A stretch of DNA of 32,000 nt, taken from contig NZ_CP088239.1 of assembly GCF_021054785.1 (NCBI RefSeq), forward strand, positions 1,680,001 through 1,712,000. Direction: 5' to 3'. Below are positions 20,199 through 30,025 of this stretch, in pieces (position 1 is the stretch's first letter; every line of letters starts with the position of its first letter). The notes under the pieces are model-generated. The model worked only from the letters and a program-made list of their open reading frames with translations, searched no databases and had not been told where the DNA came from. This DNA is from Tannockella kyphosi. Lineage in GTDB: Bacteria; Bacillota_I; Bacilli_A; Erysipelotrichales; Coprobacillaceae. The position numbers and the translations under genes were made by a program.

Positions 20199-22085
20199 TT
20201 AGTTTTCTTTTACGTTCACAAATGGTTTCCCATTTCCCTTATAATATCGACTAAACATTTCATAAAATTCTAGTCGTAATACTTGAATACCTACGATTAA
20301 TCCTTCTAACCCCATAACGAAGAGATTACCGAGTACTAACACTACCCAATATCCTGCACCTCCAACCATTTCGGCTAAAGTATAAACTACAAGCATCATT
20401 CCGGCATGAGATAAAACAAATCCTCCAACCCTTAAAAATGACATTGTATTGGTAACAAATGATAAACATACTTCAAATAATTCAAAGAACCCTTCCATAA
20501 AGAATGCCCCAAAACCATGAGGGAACATTATTTTTCCTTCTAGTTTATGAGTTAATGGTTCTTTTAGGAATACACCAATAATTGGTATTACTAATCCTAA
20601 TAGAATCGTAACTGGATTCATAAAAGAATATCCTAAAACACTCGTTCCTGCTAAAAATAAAGCACTTGTATAAAAGATAAACCCACATAATCCATTTTGA
20701 CTAAAATAAGCATCTCCATAATTCTTTTGTTTAAAATTCAAATAAATACTAAACAACATCGCTATTAAAATAAAGCAAACACCCAAACCTACTGCCATTA
20801 TTAACAATGTCATCGTATTACTAGAATCCATCGTATGGAAAATAGGAACTAATATTTCCTCATTACCAAAAACAGATCCATAAACAAATCCAAATATCAT
20901 ACTTGAAATACCTAAACGAACACCAACTAATCCTAGTTGCATATTCCACTTCTTATAAGCAAAATATCCAAACAACGATAATAACAACCCTTGTCCCATA
21001 TCTCCAAACATAATTCCAAATAATAAGGTATAAGATAAAGCAACAAATACAGTTGGATCTATTTCGTTATATCCAGGTACTCCATACATTTCTACAAACA
21101 TTTTAAATGGATCAACAAACCAATTACTAGTAAGTTTCGTTGGTGGATCCAAACGAGCATCACTCGTTGCTGGTGTTAACACTACTTGTACTTTTGGAAT
21201 ACTTTCTAATATTGTTTTTAATTGTTTTTCTTTTTTAACTTCCACAAAACCATAAATCGATAAACGCCCATCTAAATCAATAATATTCTTTTGCATTCCA
21301 TAAACATCATTTAAATGTTTTGCACGACTATATACTTTTTCTAAATGATCTCGATTATTTTCTAATAAATCATTCATCCGTTTCTTTAGATTCGTAACAT
21401 GCCCTCTAGCAGCATTTGTCTCTTCTTCCATTTCTGCTATTGCAAGCAATGGATTTCCATGAACAAATTCTGGAATCCGAATTCTTTCAAAGTACAAAGA
21501 TGAAAAGACATTATCTACTTCCGGTGCATATCCTGGTGAGGATGCATACATACACCATAAATGACTTTTATCTCGATCAAATTCAGTAAAAGTAAAAGGT
21601 AAACTTTGATAATATTGAATCTTTTCTAAGTTATTTAGTGGTATTTTACCAAATCTTATTTGTAAATATTTACAACTAAATAAATCATCAAAATTAATAT
21701 CCATTTCACTAACATGAGTTAATTGAATAATAGCTTCTTTATTTTCTTCAATAACCATCTCTAATTGCTCTTTTACATCCTCTAATGCCTCTAAATCCTT
21801 TACAAAAGAAGCTACATACTCTTTTTCTTTTATAATATGTATTTTAGAATCAATCTCTCTGTCTTTTAAATCAAAGTTATATTTTGATTGAATATCTTCT
21901 AATTGTAAACACAACTCCTCATAAGGATTTTCTTTGGAAAAAACGCCAATTCCAGCAACACTTTCCGTAAATTTAGAAGCAGGTTCTAAATGAAACTCAT
22001 CAAATTCTTGTATTTTCAACAACACTTCATCTAACTGCTCTTTTTCAAATCGAATATTTCCTAAACTCAATTTAGCAATTGCCAT
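20199..22085 (-). CDS. atpI: V/A-type ATPase subunit I (a), full length
   Basis: 628 aa. Soluble N-terminal half plus a polytopic C-terminal half containing the conserved essential-Arg motif (MSFLRVGGFVLSHAG). GGAGGGG lies upstream. Confidence 0.9.
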   Translation of the reverse strand: MAIAKLSLGNIRFEKEQLDEVLLKIQEFDEFHLEPASKFTESVAGIGVFSKENPYEELCLQLEDIQSKYNFDLKDREIDSKIHIIKEKEYVASFVKDLEALEDVKEQLEMVIEENKEAIIQLTHVSEMDINFDDLFSCKYLQIRFGKIPLNNLEKIQYYQSLPFTFTEFDRDKSHLWCMYASSPGYAPEVDNVFSSLYFERIRIPEFVHGNPLLAIAEMEEETNAARGHVTNLKKRMNDLLENNRDHLEKVYSRAKHLNDVYGMQKNIIDLDGRLSIYGFVEVKKEKQLKTILESIPKVQVVLTPATSDARLDPPTKLTSNWFVDPFKMFVEMYGVPGYNEIDPTVFVALSYTLLFGIMFGDMGQGLLLSLFGYFAYKKWNMQLGLVGVRLGISSMIFGFVYGSVFGNEEILVPIFHTMDSSNTMTLLIMAVGLGVCFILIAMLFSIYLNFKQKNYGDAYFSQNGLCGFIFYTSALFLAGTSVLGYSFMNPVTILLGLVIPIIGVFLKEPLTHKLEGKIMFPHGFGAFFMEGFFELFEVCLSFVTNTMSFLRVGGFVLSHAGMMLVVYTLAEMVGGAGYWVVLVLGNLFVMGLEGLIVGIQVLRLEFYEMFSRYYKGNGKPFVNVKEN

Positions 22086-23421
22086 AGCTTCCCCTCCTTT
22101 TTATTTTTCTAACTATCTCCATAAAAATAGTTCCTAGTACCTTAATCAATAGCATTCCTAAAACAAAATAAATAATCCCACGTTCTAACACCACCAAGCG
22201 ACTTACTCCTTGATACATTTCGACGTTATTCCAAATAGTCCCGTGCATAAAACCACCAGCACAAGAACCAAGACCAATATATTTAATCATTTTCCCGATA
22301 CTCGTTTTAGCACTAAGGATACCTACAATCAATAAGAAACATCCTATAATTAAATCCCCTAAACAAAATATCGATAAAACACTAACCAACATTGCCACAA
22401 TCAATGTCATATCAATACTGTCTGTTCCCTTAGAAACAATATAATTTTCAAAAGGACGAACAAACCAATGATTTTCTAAAATAACGGGTGCTTCAATATG
22501 AGCCCCCTCATAAATAGAAATAGGTAATTCAATAATCGAAACTTCCTTTGATATTGCTTTTAATTCTTCTAATGAACAAGTACTATATGCATAAATCGAA
22601 ACATAATTTCCAAAATCAACTAAACAATTAGAATGTTCTACCAAATCCTCATAATACTTTAAATAATGATATAACTCTTCTAAATGATCATAATATTGAT
22701 CCCTTAATGCTTCTTTTCTTTGAACAATATTCTCTAAATGATCTTCCATTGCCATCGTTGTCTCATGTAAAGATTCATAAGCATCCTGCAATGTTCCATG
22801 TAAAAAATCAGGTAAGTATACTTCTTCAAAAGCAAATCCTTTAAAGAAATTATCCGCATTTAATTTATCTTTGCCAAGGCAAAGATAAATGATCCATGCA
22901 TGTTCTTTATCTTTTGATAATGGGATACATGCAACATTATTAGGAATATGATGTTTTAATGAATCTAATTTTGAAGTATTTATTTTTCCAACACGATATT
23001 CTATATATTGATTATCTTTTAAATCATCTATATTAAAATCTTGCTTTTCTATTTGTTGTAACAAATAGAAAGCTTCTTTATTCTCTTCAATTTCTGCATT
23101 TAATTGTTCAATAACCAGATTCATCTTTTCTACTGGTTGTTTTACCTCTTGAATAAAGTCTTCTGCTTTTTCTAAGCTAAAGTTATGAAAAGAATGATTT
23201 GCTATCTTTTCTATATTTAATGTTTCCATTAATGACTCTACTTCTTCTAATAAAGATAAATAAGGATTCTCTAATTGATATACAGATACTCCTTTTACAT
23301 TTTGAACAATCTTAGAAGCTAATTGAGGAAAAATAGGTAACTCTCCTACTTTCTTTACTATTTCAAAACAATAAGTAGCAGGAAAACTCATTGTATAAAA
23401 ATGCATTTTCTTTATAGCCAT
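22072..23421 (-). CDS. Subunit I (a)-like paralogue, C-terminally truncated (no channel Arg motif)
   Basis: The first ~335 aa are colinear with the N-terminal half of the 628-aa subunit I (MAIKKM.. vs MAIAKL.., ENPY, IEENKEA, NHWFVRPFE vs SNWFVDPFK). Only 3-4 TM segments then follow. I place the start at ATG 23421 (MAIKKMHFYT), not 23439. Confidence 0.7.
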   Translation of the reverse strand: MAIKKMHFYTMSFPATYCFEIVKKVGELPIFPQLASKIVQNVKGVSVYQLENPYLSLLEEVESLMETLNIEKIANHSFHNFSLEKAEDFIQEVKQPVEKMNLVIEQLNAEIEENKEAFYLLQQIEKQDFNIDDLKDNQYIEYRVGKINTSKLDSLKHHIPNNVACIPLSKDKEHAWIIYLCLGKDKLNADNFFKGFAFEEVYLPDFLHGTLQDAYESLHETTMAMEDHLENIVQRKEALRDQYYDHLEELYHYLKYYEDLVEHSNCLVDFGNYVSIYAYSTCSLEELKAISKEVSIIELPISIYEGAHIEAPVILENHWFVRPFENYIVSKGTDSIDMTLIVAMLVSVLSIFCLGDLIIGCFLLIVGILSAKTSIGKMIKYIGLGSCAGGFMHGTIWNNVEMYQGVSRLVVLERGIIYFVLGMLLIKVLGTIFMEIVRKIKRRGSYGNC

Positions 23422-23429
23422 ATTTCCCC

Positions 23430-24461
23430 CTACATGCAAATCAACATTTCTTCAATCGTGCTCGGATCTTTTTGATAACGTATTCCTTCAATAATATGTT
23501 TTAGATTATCTATTTCAATAGACTCTAAAATAGAATAAGTTAAATATACAACCGGTGCATTACTAGAAAATCGTAAATATCTTTTTGCAACATTATATTT
23601 AATAGTATCAATATAATATTCAATATATGCATATTCTTGATCATCATAATAAGCTTGATATCTAGAAAGACTTAATTTCTTTAAAAACTCTTTACCATCT
23701 TTACTTTCCACTAATTGATCTAATGTGTTGCTATTTAGACGTCCATACTGCAATGATACCGTCTTTTTAATTTGTTCTGGTGTGAAATGGAAATATGTTT
23801 TTAAACGATATATCTTTTCCATATTTTTTAATTCAACCAACGTATATAAAACATCTAATAATTGTTGCTTTGTTTTTCCTCGAAAATGTTTTTCAATGCT
23901 CAATACATAAGATTGATAATAGAAATCTAATAGTTCTTTTTCAAGAATACTCATATCTTCAAAAGAAACAACATCAAACTTATTCATAATCTTTGCATAT
24001 TTAGAATGCATTAAACATTCTTTTATTTCTTGGATGTTTTTAGCTTGTACTAATTCATGAAAAGCAAAACTTGTTTTTGCTTCTAAGTAAGTTGGTAAGT
24101 CATAAGTCAATGCTTCTTGACTACCAAATAATACTCTTTGTATTTTATCCAAAATAATTTCTATTTCTATTTTCATCAATACTTTTAAATAAAATTCTTG
24201 ATTCTTTCTAGGAATATACTTTAACATCTTATTGCATCTTTCAAAGTATTCTCTTTTTAAAAGATCTTCTACTTGTTGACGATGAATGTTTCGTACATTG
24301 ATATCTTTTAGGGCATCTTGGTAGCCAACATGTCCTTTTAGATAAGTAACTACTTCTCCTATTGAATCTTTTCTTATTAATTCACTGTACTGTTCTTCTT
24401 TTAATCTTTTGCCATACATTGCTTTTGCTTTTGCACATAAGGCATTTGTTGATAAGTCCAT
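23430..24461 (-). CDS. atpC: V/A-type ATPase subunit C (eukaryotic d homologue)
   Basis: 343 aa, all-helical. Size and operon position are typical for bacterial subunit C. GAGGG lies 7 nt upstream. Confidence 0.7.
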   Translation of the reverse strand: MDLSTNALCAKAKAMYGKRLKEEQYSELIRKDSIGEVVTYLKGHVGYQDALKDINVRNIHRQQVEDLLKREYFERCNKMLKYIPRKNQEFYLKVLMKIEIEIILDKIQRVLFGSQEALTYDLPTYLEAKTSFAFHELVQAKNIQEIKECLMHSKYAKIMNKFDVVSFEDMSILEKELLDFYYQSYVLSIEKHFRGKTKQQLLDVLYTLVELKNMEKIYRLKTYFHFTPEQIKKTVSLQYGRLNSNTLDQLVESKDGKEFLKKLSLSRYQAYYDDQEYAYIEYYIDTIKYNVAKRYLRFSSNAPVVYLTYSILESIEIDNLKHIIEGIRYQKDPSTIEEMLICM

Positions 24462-24473
24462 ACATTCGCCCTC

Positions 24474-24782
24474 TTAGTCAATACAACGATTATATAATTC
24501 CTTAACCCATGTATCTTTGTTTTCGTTATATGTTTGTTCCATCTCTTGTAATTGATAAGTATACTCTTCTTCCAACTTAGTAAGTAATTGTTGATTTTCA
24601 ACAATTGCTTGTTGTCTTTTAGCTTCTAGCTCTTTGGTTTGTTCTTGAAGATACTGGTTGTATAACTCTTCTTTTTGTTCTTTTAAGTTAACGTGTACGG
24701 CATCTTTTGCTTTTTTTGCTTCTTCTACTCTTAATGCGTTTTGACGATCAATCTCAACTAATCGTTGAATAATACTATTCAT
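24474..24782 (-). CDS. Small coiled-coil protein, first gene of the V-ATPase operon (peripheral-stalk G/H-like subunit)
   Basis: 102 aa, highly charged (E/K/Q-rich) and predicted to be a continuous helix. The assignment rests on position and composition only. Confidence 0.45.
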   Translation of the reverse strand: MNSIIQRLVEIDRQNALRVEEAKKAKDAVHVNLKEQKEELYNQYLQEQTKELEAKRQQAIVENQQLLTKLEEEYTYQLQEMEQTYNENKDTWVKELYNRCID

Positions 24783-24809
24783 CGTTATCCCCCCTCACAT
24801 TCTTATTTG

Positions 24810-24837
24810 ATTATACTCTTATATTTATCAATTGCAA
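24810..24837 (-). promoter_or_regulatory. Promoter of the V-ATPase operon
   Basis: On the minus strand: TTGCAA (24832-24837), 16-nt spacer, TATAAT (24810-24815), about 25 nt upstream of the first ATG. Confidence 0.55.
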
Positions 24838-24945
24838 CGAAGAGTGTTCCATTTACCATCACTTATTTTTATGGTATGCAAATAATTTCTAATGGTTGAA
24901 ATGTGCTATAATTAATGCTAATGTAATAGAAGAAATGAGGTAAAT

Positions 24946-26682
24946 ATGATAAATCAACGAATTAAAGAAACACAACAATTATTAAAAGACAATAACATTG
25001 ATGCATACATCATTCCTACTGCAGACTATCATCAAAGTGAGTATGTTCATCCTCACTTTCAAGCTAGAGCTTTTTTATCAGGTTTTACTGGTTCGGCTGG
25101 AACATTTGTGATTAGTCAAACAGATGCTTGTTTATGGGTAGATGGAAGATATTATATTCAAGGGGAAGTACAAACAAAAGATACAATGATTCAATTAATG
25201 AAAATAGGATTACCTGGTGTAATAACTGTTCATAATTATTTAGAACAGTTTAAAGATGGGGTTATTGGTTTTGATACACGATTATTAAGTAGTAAGATGA
25301 TTAATAGTTTAGATGCTAAAAAGGTTCATTTTGATGTATTGGATTTATTGTGGAAAGAAAGACAACCTTTATCTAATGAAAAAGGATTTTTATATGATAT
25401 TGTTTATTGTGGTCAAGAGAGAACTGCTAAGATTCATCAAATTAGAGAAGATTTAGGTGATTTTGACTACCATATTTTAACTTCTTTAGATGATATTGCT
25501 TGGATTTTTAATATTCGTGGTAAGGATATTGCTTGTAATCCTACTTTATTAGCTTATGCTATTATTGGTAAAAAAGAGAGTTATTTATATGTTCAAGAGG
25601 ATACGTTGAGTAAGGAAGATATTGCTATTTTAGAGTCTCAAGCTATTTTTGTGAAAGATTATTTTTCTATTTATGAAGATGTAAAAGAGTTAGAAGGTAG
25701 CGTTGTTTTTGATAGTAGTGTTGTTAATTATGCTATTACTTCTAATTTATCTTCTAATGTCACAATTGTAGATCGAGAAAATCCTTCCCAACATAATAAG
25801 GCTATAAAAAATAATATTGAAATAGAAAATACAAAGAATGCTCATGTAAAAGATGGTGTTGCTGTTACTAAATTTATGTATTGGTTGAAAAATGAAATGC
25901 TAGAAACTGATGAATTAGAAGTAGCCAAACTAATGAAACAACAAAGAGAAAATCAAGCATTATTTTATGATTTAAGTTTTGAGTCTATTTGTGGTTATCA
26001 AGAAAATGGGGCTTTAATGCATTATCAAGCAACAAAGGAAGCTTTTAGTAAGATTAAAAAAGAAGGTTTGTTATTAATTGATTCTGGTGGTCAATATTTA
26101 GATGGGACTACTGATATTACTAGAACTTTTGCTGTTGGGGCAATTACAGAGGAACAAAAAACAGACTATACAATGGTTTTAAAAGCTTTATTACGTCTAT
26201 CTAATGCTAAATTCCCTTTAGGAACAACTGGTCAACAGTTAGATATTCTAGCAAGAGGAGTTATTTATGATTATGGATTAGATTATCGTTGTGGTACTGG
26301 TCATGGTGTGGGTCATTTCTTAGGTGTTCATGAAGGTCCTAATAGTATTCGTCCTCGAGGTTTAGTAAATACTGTTTTTTGTCCAATTGAACCAGGTATG
26401 ATTACTACTAATGAGCCAGGTATTTATAAAGAAGGAAAACATGGAATTCGTTTAGAAAACGAATTATTATGTAAAAAAGATTTTGAAAATGAGTATGGAA
26501 TATTTTGTTCTTTTGAAACCATTACTTATTGTCCTTTTGATAATGATGCTATTGATTTTAATTTATTAAATAGTGATGAGTTAAAACAATTAAATGACTA
26601 TCATCAACTTGTATTCACTACTTTAAAAGATCATTTAGATTCAAAAGAAATACTTTGGTTGCAACAATTCTTACAGCTTTAA
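24946..26682 (+). CDS. Aminopeptidase P family (M24B Xaa-Pro aminopeptidase) protein
   Basis: 578 aa. Creatinase/prolidase-type N-terminal domains plus an M24 catalytic domain with DSGGQY, DITRT, HGVGHFLGVHEGP, EPGIY and LEN metal-ligand motifs. Confidence 0.88.
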   Translation: MINQRIKETQQLLKDNNIDAYIIPTADYHQSEYVHPHFQARAFLSGFTGSAGTFVISQTDACLWVDGRYYIQGEVQTKDTMIQLMKIGLPGVITVHNYLEQFKDGVIGFDTRLLSSKMINSLDAKKVHFDVLDLLWKERQPLSNEKGFLYDIVYCGQERTAKIHQIREDLGDFDYHILTSLDDIAWIFNIRGKDIACNPTLLAYAIIGKKESYLYVQEDTLSKEDIAILESQAIFVKDYFSIYEDVKELEGSVVFDSSVVNYAITSNLSSNVTIVDRENPSQHNKAIKNNIEIENTKNAHVKDGVAVTKFMYWLKNEMLETDELEVAKLMKQQRENQALFYDLSFESICGYQENGALMHYQATKEAFSKIKKEGLLLIDSGGQYLDGTTDITRTFAVGAITEEQKTDYTMVLKALLRLSNAKFPLGTTGQQLDILARGVIYDYGLDYRCGTGHGVGHFLGVHEGPNSIRPRGLVNTVFCPIEPGMITTNEPGIYKEGKHGIRLENELLCKKDFENEYGIFCSFETITYCPFDNDAIDFNLLNSDELKQLNDYHQLVFTTLKDHLDSKEILWLQQFLQL

Positions 26683-26713
26683 AAAGGACTTGGCCTTGGC
26701 CAAATCCTTTTTT
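26683..26713. terminator. Bidirectional terminator between the convergent aminopeptidase and degV genes
   Basis: AAAAAGGACTTGGCC-tt-GGCCAAATCCTTTTTT. It overlaps the DegV stop codon. Confidence 0.65.
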
Positions 26714-27608
26714 ATATATCATATTTTTCTATTAAAGCTACTCCTAATGGACTAGGTCCAGTATGAACCCCAATAGTAGCACCAATTTGAATTAATTCCA
26801 TTGGGAATGTACAATCAGGATACTTTTGTTGCAAAGTATCAATAACCATATCCCTAAATACTAATCCTTCATTTTTATCAAAACCATAACCAGTTACAAA
26901 ATGAAACTTACTAGGATCTAAATCATTATCCTCTATATAACTAATTAATAATTCTAAAACTTTACGCTTTGAAACTTTACGGCCACGGACAACTCCTGCC
27001 TTCACAATTTCCCCACCTTCTAATAACACCAAAGGTTTCAATCCTAGTGTTCCTGCAGCAACTCCTGAAAGCTTACCAACACGACCACCTTGAACTAAAT
27101 AGTCAATACTGTCGATTGTAAAGAATATTTTAGCACAATGAATTAATTCTTCTATTCTTGTTACTGCTTTTTCATAAGCATAGTCATCTTTCATCATATT
27201 ACATGCTTCTAAAGCTAACAATCCCTGACTAGCAGTTGCAGCCATAGTATCAAATATTGTTATTTGAACATCTGGGTAATCTTCTAAAACTAATTCTCTA
27301 GCTAATCTAGCTGAGTTAATAGAACCACTAAATTTACTAGATATACATAAACATATAATATCAATCCCTTGACTTGCAAGTGGTGTAAAGACATCTATAT
27401 AATCTTGCATTGAAGGTAATGATGTTCTAGGAAATGTTTTTGGATTATCTACCATAAATTGATAAACATCTCTTATTGATATTTCAATTGCTTCCTTACG
27501 GTGATCATCTCCTTTTAAAGCAACATAGAATGGTACTGTTATTAAATTGTTTGCAGCAATTACATCTGCATCTAGATCACATGATCCATCACTAATAATT
27601 TGGTACAT
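26712..27608 (-). CDS. DegV family fatty-acid-binding protein
   Basis: 298 aa. MYQIISDGSCDL N-terminus and overall DegV-type pattern. Confidence 0.88.
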   Translation of the reverse strand: MYQIISDGSCDLDADVIAANNLITVPFYVALKGDDHRKEAIEISIRDVYQFMVDNPKTFPRTSLPSMQDYIDVFTPLASQGIDIICLCISSKFSGSINSARLARELVLEDYPDVQITIFDTMAATASQGLLALEACNMMKDDYAYEKAVTRIEELIHCAKIFFTIDSIDYLVQGGRVGKLSGVAAGTLGLKPLVLLEGGEIVKAGVVRGRKVSKRKVLELLISYIEDNDLDPSKFHFVTGYGFDKNEGLVFRDMVIDTLQQKYPDCTFPMELIQIGATIGVHTGPSPLGVALIEKYDI

Positions 27609-27675
27609 AAGTTTCCCTCCATTTCTTAGTTATACCATACTTTTAATAAACAAAAAAGGAATAACTATGAATTCA

Positions 27676-28224
27676 TCAAGAATTCTTACTTAATCCTTTC
27701 ATATTTGCTATTTTTATTAATATTGGTGCAGCCATCAAATAAAAAATAAAATTCCCTACTGCATGAAATGTATCAAACAATATTCCACTAGAATAATAAG
27801 TTAAAAACAATCCTAATCCACCTAATACAAATTGTTCTAAAGAAACAATAAAACCAAATACATATCCCATTAAAAATGAAAATACTGCCATCATTAATGT
27901 TGGTGGTTTTTTCTTAAACATGAAAAATAATTCTACTAATAATTGTGTTAATAAACAAATAACAATCCACGCTAATATTTGGAACACAGTCCATAAACCC
28001 ATTCCTAAAAGCATATTCGAAACAAGTGTTGTTACAATCGTTAATTTAATTCCAAAAGCTAAACCAAACAACAATACTGAAATAATGATAATCGAAGTAA
28101 CCGGTTTTATATTAGGTAACATTTGTAAAGCAACTCTAGAAGCAATATTCACTGCTGCTAAAATACCAATCAAACTAATTTCCTGTACTTTATTCATAGT
28201 TTGCATAGATCCATTCAATGACAT
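27676..28224 (-). CDS. Small polytopic membrane protein, ECF S-component-like (candidate corrinoid-specific, CbrT-like)
   Basis: ~182 aa with 5-6 TM segments. It is the last gene of a cobalamin-riboswitch-controlled operon. The start is placed at ATG 28224 (AGGAG 6 nt upstream) rather than GTG 28227. The family call is tentative. Confidence 0.45.
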   Translation of the reverse strand: MSLNGSMQTMNKVQEISLIGILAAVNIASRVALQMLPNIKPVTSIIIISVLLFGLAFGIKLTIVTTLVSNMLLGMGLWTVFQILAWIVICLLTQLLVELFFMFKKKPPTLMMAVFSFLMGYVFGFIVSLEQFVLGGLGLFLTYYSSGILFDTFHAVGNFIFYLMAAPILIKIANMKGLSKNS

Positions 28225-28837
28225 CACCTTCTCCTATTTCATAAGCACCACAACTCATTGATAAATAGTTTCCATTCACAGTATAAGTCCAACCAGAACG
28301 CCCACCATAATCAAACTCATTTAATCCACCTATTCCTTTTACATAAATAGAAGTACCTATTCCAGATGTCTTTAACTCCATTGATTGAGAAGTAGTATAT
28401 TCTAATAATACTTCATAAACTGTACTAGATTGTGCTACTTGAATTGTACCACTAGACATTGTTTCATTAACCCCATAAATAATAATAGAAACTTGGCTAA
28501 TCGCTTCTTGTTGTGAAGTTGAAGAACTTGAAGTTTCTTCTTCGAACTCTACTTCCTCTTGTTCAGTCTCTGTTTCAACTTGTTCAGTCTCTGCTTGCTG
28601 CTCAACTGAGTCTTCTTGTATTTCTTCTTGATCAGTTACAACTATCTCTTGATCATCTTCTACAATTTGTTCATCAATATTTTCTTCTTCATTTTCCACT
28701 ACTTCTTCTTGCTCGTAGATAACTTCTTCTTTTGTGTCTAGAGATTGGTAAATACCAATCCCTAGAATAACAAGGAAACTACATACTACAAAAGCAATGG
28801 TTATTTTTGTTGTATTATTAAATTGATTTTTTTTCAT
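28190..28837 (-). CDS. Membrane-anchored DUF4430 (transcobalamin C-terminal/beta-domain-like) protein with an acidic linker
   Basis: 215 aa. N-terminal TM anchor, a ~75-aa E/Q/D-rich linker, and a C-terminal ~95 aa with the DUF4430 pattern (..GWTYTVNG..GDVIEWIY). Confidence 0.7.
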   Translation of the reverse strand: MKKNQFNNTTKITIAFVVCSFLVILGIGIYQSLDTKEEVIYEQEEVVENEEENIDEQIVEDDQEIVVTDQEEIQEDSVEQQAETEQVETETEQEEVEFEEETSSSSTSQQEAISQVSIIIYGVNETMSSGTIQVAQSSTVYEVLLEYTTSQSMELKTSGIGTSIYVKGIGGLNEFDYGGRSGWTYTVNGNYLSMSCGAYEIGEGDVIEWIYANYE

Positions 28838-29825
28838 AAGACATTACGAATAATGCAAGAAGTGCTGTTGTTAGATAAAAAGTAATCATAGAAATATCAC
28901 TTGTTTGAACTATGTTAGAATCCATACTCTCTTCCACTTCAGGAACTAGTTCTAAAATCGCTTGATATGAAAGTTCTAATGCTTCATAGACACTTCCATT
29001 TTCATAAGTACCAATTGTTAATACTGCTTGTTTTGTCGCCCAGTTATTATCTTCTCCAGCTTCATAGTACCAAAAGCTTCCATCTTCATTTTGGAAAGTT
29101 AATAGTGCTTGATAAGCATCTTCATAATCTTGTTTAGCAGCTATTAAACCTAATAATACAGTAGCTTGTGTATTTGCATTTGCACTACCTGGATAATATA
29201 CACCATCGTATTCATATCCTAAAGGAATATAATAACTATCTTCCTGTACTGTTTCTAAATATGCTACAACATTTGTGATATTTTCACTATATTTACTTGC
29301 ATCTACTAACGCTAATGTTTCTAATACCCAACCTGTCACATCAACATCTTCGCCATATGCGGAACTAAATGAACCATTTTCATTTTGTAATGAAGCTAAA
29401 TAATCTGCTGCAATACTCAATTTTTCAGAATTAATTACGTATAATGCATTTACACAAATATACTGCCAACTACCATAACTAGTATCTCCTGTTAATGTTA
29501 CAGCACCATTTTCTTGTACTGCATCTTCTAACAATGTAACATAGTCAACATCATTATAATTATTTGGATTTTCTCCTTTTGCTACTAAAGCTAAAATACT
29601 TTGGGCAATATTAGATGCATAATCTGTACTTAATAAAGCATCAATTTCCATCTCACTACAATCCACACCCAAACTAGCAAGTGTTACCATTTCATCTAAA
29701 CCACTCACTGTTGTTACGTTTTGGTAATACGTACTTGCTGCTTGATAACTATCTCCTGTTTCTAAAGCTTGAATCTGACATACACTTACTAGTAATGCCA
29801 TTACTGCAATCATCATTTTTTTCAT
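28818..29825 (-). CDS. Exported alpha/alpha-toroid (prenyltransferase/terpene-cyclase-repeat) protein with a C-terminal TM anchor
   Basis: Signal peptide (MKKMMIAVMALLVSVCQIQA). Repeated Q(N)E(N/D)GSF motifs (LQNENGSFSSAYG, FQNEDGSFWYY). C-terminal hydrophobic helix. I prefer ATG 29825 (AAGGA upstream) over 29843, which abuts the riboswitch terminator T-tract. Confidence 0.65.
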   Translation of the reverse strand: MKKMMIAVMALLVSVCQIQALETGDSYQAASTYYQNVTTVSGLDEMVTLASLGVDCSEMEIDALLSTDYASNIAQSILALVAKGENPNNYNDVDYVTLLEDAVQENGAVTLTGDTSYGSWQYICVNALYVINSEKLSIAADYLASLQNENGSFSSAYGEDVDVTGWVLETLALVDASKYSENITNVVAYLETVQEDSYYIPLGYEYDGVYYPGSANANTQATVLLGLIAAKQDYEDAYQALLTFQNEDGSFWYYEAGEDNNWATKQAVLTIGTYENGSVYEALELSYQAILELVPEVEESMDSNIVQTSDISMITFYLTTALLALFVMSYEKKSI

Positions 29826-29843
29826 TTTCTTTTTTCCTTTCAT

Positions 29844-30019
29844 AAAAAAAATACTAGAACGCGTAGTCCTAGTGTCTAACTAGAACATCTTCATACTCCG
29901 TGAAGTGTCTATTGTATAAGTATCCGACTTAAGAATTATTTCTATTACGGTTGCGGGACAGTCCAGGATTCTAACCTGATTCCTTATCATTAGTTGTCTA
30001 TAAAAGATATCTCTTTTAC
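29844..30019 (-). promoter_or_regulatory. Cobalamin (B12) riboswitch with terminator expression platform
   Basis: The minus strand reads ..AAGGAATCAGGTTAGAATCCTGGACTGTCCCGCAACCGTAA.. (rc of 29945-29985). This matches the conserved cobalamin-riboswitch core (GGAA..GGU..AAUCC..CUG.CCCGCAAC.GUAA). An AAGTCGGA B12-box-like element follows, then a hairpin and T8 immediately before the CDS. Confidence 0.85.
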
Positions 30020-30025
30020 CGTCCT

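Noticed and set aside
23725-24604. ORFs 23725..23910(+), 23795..23989(+) and 24401..24604(-), overlapping the subunit C and G-like genes.
   Set aside because: These are shadow or alternative-frame ORFs in AT-rich coding sequence, with no signals.
28540-28700. Short tandem repeats (CTTGTTCAGTCTCTG x2 and similar), considered as a possible CRISPR-like or VNTR element.
   Set aside because: They lie inside the coding region for the acidic E/Q/T linker of the DUF4430 protein (..QAETEQVETETEQEEVEFEEE..). This is low-complexity coding repeat with no repeat-spacer structure.
27920-28722. ORFs 27920..28261(+) and 28513..28722(+), antisense to the S-component-like and DUF4430 genes.
   Set aside because: These are antisense shadows. 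The second mirrors the acidic linker as an L/Q-rich frame.
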